DNA from: Candidatus Wolframiiraptor gerlachensis
Lineage (GTDB): Archaea > Thermoproteota > Nitrososphaeria_A > Caldarchaeales > Wolframiiraptoraceae
NCBI GenBank assembly: GCA_021323375.2
Contig: JAJPCT020000018.1
Span: 55,079 to 119,078, forward strand
Reading direction: 5' to 3'
DNA length: 64,000 bases
The notes under the pieces were generated by a model. The model searched no databases, was not told the origin of the DNA, and was given only the letters and a program-made list of their open reading frames with translations. Each line of letters starts with the position of its first letter. Position 1 is the first letter of the stretch. This document shows positions 10,592 through 19,076 of this stretch, in pieces. A program made the position numbers and the translations under genes.

Positions 10592-11527
10592 TCAAAGCAC
10601 GCTCACATCGCATTTAACCGATCTATACCTTAACCTATCGATAATTTCATTTTCGCCGAGTTCTATATCCTCGAGATATCTTCTTATCGCCTCGTTGGCC
10701 AGCCTAATATCCTTTGAAAATATGGCTCTTATGGCCTTTTCACGAATATTCCGGCAACGTTCATAATATTCCGTAAGTTTTTGAAGTGTCTCCTTATCAA
10801 GTTCCACCTCGCAGGTCAGTATTTTTAGAACGCTCTTGGCGCCGAGCTTGGATAAATCGGCCATTCTTTCAAGGCAGTAGCCCATTATCGCGAGGAAAGA
10901 TATCTCCAATGGTTGTGTTATCCCTAGATTCTCGGCAAAATTCCTCTTCTTATGAGCGGTTGAGAGGGCTCTGGAGAATAGATAGTAGAGCTTATTTACC
11001 TCCTCATCCCTCAATATCACCATCTTAGCTAGTTCGCGATTCCCCTCAATAAACGCCCTGAAATACTCCTCCTGCATGGATGAGACCAAGTTACAGATCC
11101 TCTCTAGAATTGAATAGATTGAGGACTTAAGGACATCTACTATACATTGTAGCACGACGTGCTGCTCAGTCTCATCCATTACAGAGACCCCTGTCAGCAA
11201 TTTTAACGCCTCCCGGATCTCCTTGATATGCCTATAGCTTAAGCGAGTTTTTGAGATAATCTCGATCATGTCGACACCGGCAATATAGCTCGCAACAATC
11301 AGCCTGTTTAGAAGCCCGGGCTGATCGCATAGATCCGCATTTATCCTGCAGGCTTCAAGGGTATGGTCTGCGTCCGATTTAGCGGGCCACAATCTTAACG
11401 AACCATCATTATATTCTTCGATAACTATGGCGTCCCCCTGCTTAAGACCATGCTCCCTAACCCACCAGTAGGGTAAGGAGATTGTTAAAGTGCCCTTACC
11501 AACACGCTGTATCTTACGCTGCTCCAT
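10592..11527 (-). CDS. AbrB/SpoVT-domain plus PhoU-domain regulator (archaeal phosphate uptake regulator family)
   Basis: 311 aa. N-terminal swapped-hairpin AbrB motif (RKIQRVGKGTLTISLPYWWVREHGLKQGD) followed by two PhoU-like helical repeats. Confidence 0.75.
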   Translation of the reverse strand: MEQRKIQRVGKGTLTISLPYWWVREHGLKQGDAIVIEEYNDGSLRLWPAKSDADHTLEACRINADLCDQPGLLNRLIVASYIAGVDMIEIISKTRLSYRHIKEIREALKLLTGVSVMDETEQHVVLQCIVDVLKSSIYSILERICNLVSSMQEEYFRAFIEGNRELAKMVILRDEEVNKLYYLFSRALSTAHKKRNFAENLGITQPLEISFLAIMGYCLERMADLSKLGAKSVLKILTCEVELDKETLQKLTEYYERCRNIREKAIRAIFSKDIRLANEAIRRYLEDIELGENEIIDRLRYRSVKCDVSVL

Positions 11528-11658
11528 GAAATCCCCCAGTAAAATAGCATAATTTTCGCTAGATAAGATTTATTGTCCGAGGCCTAGGAGAAATTTAGGG
11601 TAAATACCTTATATACTGGAATATTTTTTCTATTTCTCTAGGTATATATCAAGCTGGT

Positions 11659-12156
11659 TTGGTAAATGCTTGGGGTAAAATGAGTGGGAAGATATGTTCC
11701 GGCAATCTGATCGAATCTCTCCAAAGAATTCAAGAAAAGCAAGGATTCTTGCCGAGAGACTCATTAATAAAGCTTTCCCGGGATACGCGGAGCCCTCTAA
11801 GCAGGATATTCGGTGTAGCGACATTTTACCACCAGTTCAGGCTGGAACCGCCTGGAAAAGTAACGATTGCTGTTTGCATGGGGACTGCATGCCATCTTAG
11901 GGGGAATGCTGAGAACTATGAATTTCTAAGGAGATTCTTGGGTATACGGCCCGACAGATCGACGAGCGATGATGGCCTATTCTCCTTGGAGAAGGCTAGA
12001 TGCTTTGGCTGCTGTAGCCTAGCCCCAGTGGTGAAGATCGGTGATATGCTCGTCGGCAAGGCCACGCCTAGGGAGCTTCAAAAGGCGATCTCCCGCGTTA
12101 GGGAGTCGATTCTGAGGGAGGAGGCTGCTCGCGGGGCTGGGGGTGGTAAGACATGA
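11659..12156 (+). CDS. NuoE/HoxE/HydC-like thioredoxin-like [2Fe-2S] subunit
   Basis: 165 aa. Contains ATFYHQF, CMGTACHLRG and CFGCCSLAPVV, the NuoE 24-kDa family Cys pattern. Confidence 0.85.
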   Translation: MVNAWGKMSGKICSGNLIESLQRIQEKQGFLPRDSLIKLSRDTRSPLSRIFGVATFYHQFRLEPPGKVTIAVCMGTACHLRGNAENYEFLRRFLGIRPDRSTSDDGLFSLEKARCFGCCSLAPVVKIGDMLVGKATPRELQKAISRVRESILREEAARGAGGGKT

Positions 12157-14126
12157 TGAGGCAGGAGTACTGGACATTAATGGATCCATGTTGCGATTAT
12201 TGTCTTCATTCTCGGGACAATCCTTGCGCGAAGTATGTTGTCTGCAGAATGCGCGGGCCATTCTGTCACAGGAGTGTGGAGTGTAGGGAGAAGAGGCAGC
12301 GGAGGATCAGGGAGGTGCTTTACGGCTCGCAGGGCGTTAGAATTAATATCGGTGCATCGAGCTGCGGCTTGGCTGCTGGCGCCGAACGGGTCCTCGAGGC
12401 CGTGAAAGATGGTCTCAGATCAATGGGCGTGGAGGCGGAGGTTTCCGCGGTGGGCTGTCTGGGATTATGCTTCATGGAGCCCTTCATCGAGATTCAGAGC
12501 GAGGATGGTCCATCTCCGATCTATGGCTATGTATCGCCCGAGAATGTTGGCGATATTCTTGCCAGGTATTTTGAGGAGGGGAGCGTGGATGGCGCATTCG
12601 CGATCAGGAAGCGCACGGGCAGATTCAAGGACGAGGATAAGGTCCCCCTCTTGGATGAGCTTGATGTCTGGAGGAAGCAGGTGAAATGGGTTTCTAGAAA
12701 CTGTGGTGTGATTAACCCGGAGTCGATCGAGGAGTATATTGTTACAGGCGGTTATGAGGGGCTTTCAAGAGCGCTGACGATGAGGCCTGAGGAGGTTATC
12801 GAGGAGATTAGGCTGGCGGGGCTTAGGGGTAGAGGTGGAGCCGGGTTCCCAACATGGCTCAAGTGGAAGATATGCCGCGAGCAGCCATCAGAGGAGAAGT
12901 ATGTCATCTGTAATGCTGATGAGGGTGATCCGGGGGCTTTCATGAATAGGCTCTTGGCGGAGTCTGATCCACACAGGGTGCTGGAGGGCATCATAATAGC
13001 TGGATACGCGATAGGCGCTTCTCAGGGCGTGATTTTTGTCAGGGCGGAGAAGCCCCTGATGGCTGCCAGGCTTGAGAAGGCCGTGGAGGATGCTCGCCGA
13101 TGGGGGCTTCTGGGCGAGAATATCCTCGGATCGGGATTCAGCTTCGATGTGAGGGTGATGAGGAGTGCTGGGGCATTTGTATGCGGGGAGGAGACGGCTA
13201 TGATAGCGGCTATCGAGGGGAGGCGTGCGATGCCGCGGCAGCGGCCACCATACCCAGCCTCTAAGGGCCTTTGGGATAAGCCAACGGTGGTCAATAACGT
13301 CGAGACGCTGGCGCATGTCGCGACGATAATGGCGCATGGATGGCGGGAGTTCGCGAAATATGGGACTGAGCGGAGCAAGGGGACGAAGATGTTCTGCGTA
13401 ACCGGCGGCGTTAAGAGGACAGGCGCATTCGAGGTTCCAATAGGCACCACGATCAGGACCCTCGTGTATGATATAGCTGGGGGGCCGCATGAAGGCAGAA
13501 GGATAAAGGCGGTTCAGATAGGAGGACCCTCAGGCGGGTGCCTCCCAGAGAGGCTATTCGACCTACCTATCGATTATGAGAGCCTTCAGGAGGCTGGCGC
13601 GATAATGGGCTCCGGGGGCCTAGTGGTCATAGATGACACTAACTGCATGGTTGATGTGGCGAGATACTTCACTTCATTCACCTTAGCCGAGTCTTGTGGT
13701 AAGTGTATACCATGCAGGGTTGGCACGAAGGCGTTGTATGACCGCTTATCCGCGATAGTTGAGGGTATGAGTAGCCAAGAGGACCTACAATTGCTCGAGG
13801 AGATTGGGATTATGATGAAGGAGGCGGCTCTATGCGCCTTAGGCGGGACCGCGCCAAATCCGATCCTATCATCACTCAGGTACTTTAGAGATGAATATGA
13901 GGCCCATATATTGGAGAAGAGATGCCCGGCGAAAGTTTGTAGAAAGCTTGTCTCATATGCTATAAACCGGGAGCTTTGCGTCAAATGTGGATTATGTGCC
14001 AAGTCATGTCCTGTGGGCGCGATAGCAAAAACAGCTGATGGTTACTTCATGATAGATGAGTCTAGGTGCATCAGATGTGGCACGTGCGTTATCACGTGTC
14101 CGAGAGGTGCTGTTGAGAAGAGGTGA
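12153..14126 (+). CDS. NuoF/HoxF/HydB-like NAD(P)H- and FMN-binding subunit with extra Fe-S domains
   Basis: 657 aa. NuoF core (GRGGAGFPTWLKW, CGKCIPCRVG), a C-terminal 2x[4Fe-4S] domain (CVKCGLCAKSCP, CIRCGTCVITCP), an N-terminal thioredoxin-like domain and a Cys-rich leader. Confidence 0.85.
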   Translation: MMRQEYWTLMDPCCDYCLHSRDNPCAKYVVCRMRGPFCHRSVECREKRQRRIREVLYGSQGVRINIGASSCGLAAGAERVLEAVKDGLRSMGVEAEVSAVGCLGLCFMEPFIEIQSEDGPSPIYGYVSPENVGDILARYFEEGSVDGAFAIRKRTGRFKDEDKVPLLDELDVWRKQVKWVSRNCGVINPESIEEYIVTGGYEGLSRALTMRPEEVIEEIRLAGLRGRGGAGFPTWLKWKICREQPSEEKYVICNADEGDPGAFMNRLLAESDPHRVLEGIIIAGYAIGASQGVIFVRAEKPLMAARLEKAVEDARRWGLLGENILGSGFSFDVRVMRSAGAFVCGEETAMIAAIEGRRAMPRQRPPYPASKGLWDKPTVVNNVETLAHVATIMAHGWREFAKYGTERSKGTKMFCVTGGVKRTGAFEVPIGTTIRTLVYDIAGGPHEGRRIKAVQIGGPSGGCLPERLFDLPIDYESLQEAGAIMGSGGLVVIDDTNCMVDVARYFTSFTLAESCGKCIPCRVGTKALYDRLSAIVEGMSSQEDLQLLEEIGIMMKEAALCALGGTAPNPILSSLRYFRDEYEAHILEKRCPAKVCRKLVSYAINRELCVKCGLCAKSCPVGAIAKTADGYFMIDESRCIRCGTCVITCPRGAVEKR

Positions 14127-14791
14127 TGGTGATGAAGGTTAGGATAAATGGTTTGGAGGTGGAGGCAAGGGAGGGCGAGAGGATACTCGATGTCGCCAAT
14201 CGCCTGGGCATTAGGATACCAACCCTCTGCTATCTCAAAAATGTGTATGAGGGCGCCTCCTGCAGAATCTGCGTCGTCGAGCTAGGTAATGGAAAGTTGA
14301 TACCAGCCTGCGCCTATGAGGTGTCCGATGGCCTCACTATCAGCACCGATACTCCGAGGATTAGGGAGAGCAGGAGGGTGACGCTGGAGCTGCTGCTCTC
14401 TGCTCATAGGATTACGTGCCAGAATTGTCCCAAGAAGGGTGAGTGCACCCTAGTGGAGCTATGCTCCGAGTACGGTGTTGAGGGGATACCAGTATGCGCC
14501 GAGTGCCCTCTCCACGGAGAGGACTGCTTCATCGCGAGGAGCGAGATCTGCCTAGGCCCGATCACGGCTAGCGGATGCAAAGCTGAGTGTATTCGCGATG
14601 GGAGGACTTGCGAGGGCTGCAGGGGTCCAGTCACGAGGAGAGACGTGATAGAGTGGGCTAGAGGGATTTACATCGAGCATGGCATATCGTTGGAGGCGGT
14701 TCTTGAGAAGCTCAAGACATATTGTGCTTCATCACGCGAATTCGACCTAATTCGCGAGTATCTTGTGGTGAAGGAGGTGGTTGAGGGATGA
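14123..14791 (+). CDS. Fusion protein: 2Fe-2S ferredoxin + His-ligated 4Fe-4S module (HoxU/NuoG/HydA N-terminal type) + C-terminal half of a NiFe small subunit
   Basis: 222 aa. N-terminus has CYL...CRIC...C, then HRITCQNCPKKGEC. The C-terminal 8-Cys block CAEC-x6-C-x7-CLGP-x6-C-x3-C-x6-CEGC is nearly superimposable on the C-terminus of the in-window paralog at 7594..8379. Confidence 0.8.
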   Translation: MMVMKVRINGLEVEAREGERILDVANRLGIRIPTLCYLKNVYEGASCRICVVELGNGKLIPACAYEVSDGLTISTDTPRIRESRRVTLELLLSAHRITCQNCPKKGECTLVELCSEYGVEGIPVCAECPLHGEDCFIARSEICLGPITASGCKAECIRDGRTCEGCRGPVTRRDVIEWARGIYIEHGISLEAVLEKLKTYCASSREFDLIREYLVVKEVVEG

Positions 14792-16077
14792 TGAGTGTTC
14801 CTGGTATTGATAGGATAGTGGGCCACGCGACCCTGGACATAGATATGGAGAGAGGGGCGCTGGATGCGCGTTTCAAGGTCTTGAATGATCCACGCTTCAT
14901 AGAGGCCATAGTGCTAGGGAAGAAGTATTATGAGGTTCCATCAATTGTCTCTAGGATATGTGGGCCATGTAGCATAAGCCATACGATAACCGCTACGATG
15001 GCCATAGAGAAGGCTCTTGGAGTGAGCGTCCCGGAGCCGGTGAGAATTCTCAGGAGGATAGCTGTGCTTGGGGAAGTGGTTGAGAACCATCTCCTACATC
15101 TCACGCTGGTGTGCTTGCCGGAATACTTTGGATATGCCGATCTTATTGAGGTCGCCAAGTATAAGCCAGAGCTCCTCAAGAGCATACTGCTCATCAGGTC
15201 ACAGCTTTCCAAGATCATGGAAATGATCTCTGGGAGGCTCGTCCACCCGAACACGCTGATGATAGGTGGGTTCTCCAAGACCCTTGGGAAGACGAAGCTC
15301 GAGGAGGCGAGGAACATGTTAAGGGAGATCAGGGGCAAGATCATCGATATCGCGGAAATATTTCTCGAGATCGAGTTCCCCGAGTTCGAGGTGATAATGG
15401 AAGCATGCGCATCCCTGAGGGACGACTACCTCTACATCGGGGATGAGATAATCACCTCGGATGAACGGAGGGTTAGAGCGGAGGATTATAGGAAGGTGTT
15501 CATAGAGGATGTGCAGCCATATACGACTTCGAAGAGGGTGACGCTTGAGGGGCTGCCCGTATACGTTGGGGCTAGGGCGAGGGTGAACTTGAAGGCCGAC
15601 ATGCTCTCAGAGAGGGCTAAATCCTATCTCAAGGCGAGGAGATTCCCGCTGAGAAACCCGTTCGATAATCTAAGGGCGCAGGCCATAGAACTGATTCACT
15701 GCATGGATGCCATGGAAATGTTAATTGAGGAGGTTCTCAATATCCTCGAAGCCAAGTCAATTCATGTAGGATCAGGGATCATGATTAGGGAGGGTGCTGG
15801 TGTTGGGGTGTCTGAGGCCCCCCGCGGCATACTAATCCACCATTATGAGGTTAATTGCTGGGGCAACGTGGTCTATGCCAACGTGATAACGCCAACGACA
15901 ATAAATTGTAGGCACGTGGAGGTCGCGGCCCTGGAGCTTATCAGGCACTATTTCTACGAGGATGCACCGGCCACTGAGATAGAACGCTACCTGAGAAAGC
16001 TCGTGCAGGCATATGACCCATGTCTCGGCTGCGCAACCCACTCGGTCAAGATAAACATTAGGGGGTTGAAAGCATGA
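14788..16077 (+). CDS. NiFe hydrogenase large subunit (second hydrogenase)
   Basis: 429 aa. Motifs RICGPCSISH and C-terminal DPCLGCATH, followed by a 12-aa extension. Confidence 0.9.
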   Translation: MMSVPGIDRIVGHATLDIDMERGALDARFKVLNDPRFIEAIVLGKKYYEVPSIVSRICGPCSISHTITATMAIEKALGVSVPEPVRILRRIAVLGEVVENHLLHLTLVCLPEYFGYADLIEVAKYKPELLKSILLIRSQLSKIMEMISGRLVHPNTLMIGGFSKTLGKTKLEEARNMLREIRGKIIDIAEIFLEIEFPEFEVIMEACASLRDDYLYIGDEIITSDERRVRAEDYRKVFIEDVQPYTTSKRVTLEGLPVYVGARARVNLKADMLSERAKSYLKARRFPLRNPFDNLRAQAIELIHCMDAMEMLIEEVLNILEAKSIHVGSGIMIREGAGVGVSEAPRGILIHHYEVNCWGNVVYANVITPTTINCRHVEVAALELIRHYFYEDAPATEIERYLRKLVQAYDPCLGCATHSVKINIRGLKA

Positions 16078-17462
16078 GGATCGGCATATACTCATTCGGC
16101 GGATGCGAGGGCTGCAGATACTGGCTAATAGACTCGATGCTGAGAGTATGCGAGGAACTTGGCGCCGAGATAGTCTATGAGCCCCTCATCGGGCTTTCCA
16201 AGGAGAACCCCGAATACGATTTGGTAATCATCGAGGGGGCTGTCTGCACCGACGAGGACTCCGAGAAGCTCCAGAGACTGAGATCTCGAGCGAAGTATCT
16301 CGTCGCCCTAGGCTCCTGTGCCCTGCTCAGCGGTGTGCCAGGCCTTAAGAGGTTCACGGATCCACGCGCGGCCGAGATGGTCTACTTTGGCAAGCCGTTG
16401 CCGAAGAAGCCGGTTGACGTGAAGCCGATAACTGCCTATATTCATGTAGATTATTGGATCAGGGGATGCCCGCCGGATCGAGAGAACTTCGAGAGGCTCT
16501 TTAGGGCCATAATCTCCGGCATCGCCTCCGGGAGGCCTTTCAAGCTCCATGAGAGGAGACTGGAATTCTGCAGGGAGGAATTCACGAGCATCGAGGGAAG
16601 CGTGCTAAGGCTCGACGGCGACAAGTGCATGGTCTGCGGTAGATGTGTCGGCGCCTGCGAGAGGATGGGAGTCTACGCGATAGACTATGCGTACAGGAGC
16701 ATAAGCACAGTCGTGACAACGCCCTTCTCAATACCCTTCGATGAGAGCACATGTGTGCTATGCGGCCAGTGTACGCTCGTCTGCCCGGTCGGCGCGATCC
16801 GCGAGAGGAGTGACCTAGAAAAGGTTCAAAGAATTCTATCAAGGCCCACGGCGCTAAGAGCTTACATAGAGCCTGAGAGCCTAGCAGCTATGTCCAGCTA
16901 CTTCAACCGCGAGGTCGAGGTAATCATTGGAGCGCTTATCGCCAGAGGCTTTGAGAGCGTTGCAATATATGTGCCCGAGTATCACGCCGATGTCGAGAGA
17001 CCGCTGATCCCCGCGAGCGAGGCCGAAAGGAGATTTATCAACATATTCTATCCACAGCTAGCTGAACTATTGTCGGAGCCGCCGGCTCCGCCGGGAGGAT
17101 CATCAGTCCTGATAACGCCGTGCTTAGCTAAGAAGGCGCAGGCCCGTGAGGGATTAGTATTAACAACTCGCGAGGCGATCAAGCTAATCTCCAACATCGA
17201 CTTGGACGAGGTCGAGGGGACCCTCCCCATAATGCCCTCCAGAAAAAGCATCACCTTCAGGGAGGTTCATGGGCCGGATAACGTGATTAGGTTCCTAGAG
17301 GAATATACGAGGGGGGTGCGCGTCAAGGAGCCGATGATACTTAAGATGTGCCCAGGCGGATGCCTTGGAGGCGGAGGACAACCATACTATAACGAGGACC
17401 TCTATCGGAGGATGAATGAGGCGCTTGCGAGGATATCTTCCACGCTCCTAGTCATTGATTGA
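16074..17462 (+). CDS. Fusion protein: N-terminal half of a NiFe small subunit + 2x[4Fe-4S] ferredoxin + degenerate [FeFe]-hydrogenase H-cluster-like domain
   Basis: 462 aa. Residues 1-150 align with the N-terminus of 7594..8379 (FGGCEGC, GSCA, GCP). Next come CMVCGRCVGACE and CVLCGQCTLVCPVGAI. The C-terminus has FeFe-hydrogenase L2-like ITPCLAKKAQA and L3-like KMCPGGCLGGGGQP, but no L1 TSCCP. Confidence 0.8.
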   Translation: MRIGIYSFGGCEGCRYWLIDSMLRVCEELGAEIVYEPLIGLSKENPEYDLVIIEGAVCTDEDSEKLQRLRSRAKYLVALGSCALLSGVPGLKRFTDPRAAEMVYFGKPLPKKPVDVKPITAYIHVDYWIRGCPPDRENFERLFRAIISGIASGRPFKLHERRLEFCREEFTSIEGSVLRLDGDKCMVCGRCVGACERMGVYAIDYAYRSISTVVTTPFSIPFDESTCVLCGQCTLVCPVGAIRERSDLEKVQRILSRPTALRAYIEPESLAAMSSYFNREVEVIIGALIARGFESVAIYVPEYHADVERPLIPASEAERRFINIFYPQLAELLSEPPAPPGGSSVLITPCLAKKAQAREGLVLTTREAIKLISNIDLDEVEGTLPIMPSRKSITFREVHGPDNVIRFLEEYTRGVRVKEPMILKMCPGGCLGGGGQPYYNEDLYRRMNEALARISSTLLVID

Positions 17463-17930
17463 ATCCAGCTCGAGCAGGCGGGATATACTCTCCAATATTT
17501 TCGGGATCGCTTTCTCCACCTCCTCACTCAATCCTATTCCCGGACTTATCTCCTTGGCTCCCACGCCGACTAAGAGGATCCTGCGGGGCATTTTATCCCT
17601 GAAGAGCTCGTATCCCAGCCTGATAGCTGAGACCACGTCAATATCATGCAGCGATTGAATTTCACCGACATGCTCCTGAGACAGCCCACCCAGATCCACC
17701 ACGACCACCTCGCCCGGAGATAATCCGGATTTGACGACATCGACTATTATCAAGCCGTCAAATCCTGTGATCTCGTCCAGGAGCGTGAAGACGTCTAAGC
17801 CTGTTTCAAAGATCTTTACCTCGGCTGGTAGATCGCGCTTGAGAAGGATCTCGCCCACGACTAGGCCGAGAGCATCATCTTTCATGAGCCTGCTGCCAAC
17901 ACATAGTATCAGGATTTTTCGGGCCCTCAT
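17448..17930 (-). CDS. Hydrogenase maturation endopeptidase (HycI/HyaD family)
   Basis: 160 aa. N-terminal ILILCVGSRLMKDDALG matches the GNxxxxDDGxG-type motif. It lies beside hypE/hypD and converges on the hydrogenase operon. Confidence 0.8.
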   Translation of the reverse strand: MRARKILILCVGSRLMKDDALGLVVGEILLKRDLPAEVKIFETGLDVFTLLDEITGFDGLIIVDVVKSGLSPGEVVVVDLGGLSQEHVGEIQSLHDIDVVSAIRLGYELFRDKMPRRILLVGVGAKEISPGIGLSEEVEKAIPKILESISRLLELDSIND

Positions 17931-17983
17931 CCCGGGGTGGCCAAGACCTATTGAGCGATATAGCTATTCTAGAATCTTGGATG

Positions 17984-19051
17984 CTAGCAGATCCTGGGAA
18001 CCGGGTCTCCAAGGGGCATCGGCAGATATCTTAGCCCACCTATCTCGGTCTCAACGACGACCCCCTCAAGCTCATCGGAGAACCATCCTATTATCTCGGC
18101 CTCGCGGCCTAGTGGATGAGAGCGGAGGGCTTCCAAGACCTCCTCCGCGAACCTCTCGGAGACCGCTAGGACAACTCTTCCCTCGCATGCCAGTTCAAGC
18201 GGATCTATCCCCAGTATCTCGCAGCCGATTCTCACCTCATCGCGGACCGGTATAAGGGCTTCTTTCACGAGTATGCCGAGGCCCGTGGCCTCGCTCCACT
18301 CATTTAGAAGAGCCGCCAACCCCCCTCTAGTTGGATCCTTCGCCGCCACAACCCCTCCCACCTCGAGAGCCCTCTTCATGAGATGATTCAATGGCGCGGT
18401 ATCCGATTTTAGGCCCGGCGCCTCGAAGCCAAGCTCACCCCTAGCAGCTATAATTGTCATCGCATGGTCGCCGATGGGCCCCGAGACTATCAGCCTATCT
18501 CCCGGCCTCACATTCCGGGGATCAAGCCATCTCGATCTCAGGGATCTCCCATCAGATGCCACCCTCTCCAAGTTCTTATCCAAGTATGGGCTCCTCCCAC
18601 CGATGCCAGCCGTGTTGATTATCATCTCATCGAGCTTGCCCCTTTCCACGACCTTTGTGTCGCCTGTCACGATCTCGACGCCAGCCTCCTCAGCCGTCTC
18701 CTCCATGCTCGATAGAATCCTATCCAGCTTCTCTATCTCGAAGCCCTCCTCGATCACTAAAGCGCATGAGATTGCTATGGGCTCGCTTCCCACCACTGAG
18801 AGATCGTTCACGGTCCCGGAGACGCTGAGCCTCCCTATATCGCCTCCAGGGAAGAAGAGGGGCTTAACGGTATAGGAGTCTGTCGTGAACGCTATCCCAT
18901 CGACAACAGCCGAGTCGGCGAGGAGGGGGAGAGGGATCTCAATAACCCTCCTCTGCTTAAACCTTGGAAGAATATGCTCCCTGATAAGCTTATGCATGTA
19001 GAGGCCGCCAGCACCATGTGCTATGCTTATCCTATTATCCACGCCCACCAA
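17984..19051 (-). CDS. hypE: Hydrogenase expression/formation protein HypE
   Basis: 355 aa. AIR-synthase-like fold and the hallmark C-terminal PRIC. Confidence 0.93.
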   Translation of the reverse strand: MVGVDNRISIAHGAGGLYMHKLIREHILPRFKQRRVIEIPLPLLADSAVVDGIAFTTDSYTVKPLFFPGGDIGRLSVSGTVNDLSVVGSEPIAISCALVIEEGFEIEKLDRILSSMEETAEEAGVEIVTGDTKVVERGKLDEMIINTAGIGGRSPYLDKNLERVASDGRSLRSRWLDPRNVRPGDRLIVSGPIGDHAMTIIAARGELGFEAPGLKSDTAPLNHLMKRALEVGGVVAAKDPTRGGLAALLNEWSEATGLGILVKEALIPVRDEVRIGCEILGIDPLELACEGRVVLAVSERFAEEVLEALRSHPLGREAEIIGWFSDELEGVVVETEIGGLRYLPMPLGDPVPRIC

Positions 19052-19076
19052 AAATCACCCCACACTCACGATCTCC

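Noticed and set aside
12888-13490. 200-aa and 142-aa minus-strand ORFs inside the NuoF-like gene; also 17731..18255 over the hypE/protease genes
   Set aside because: These are shadow ORFs opposite strongly supported coding sequence.
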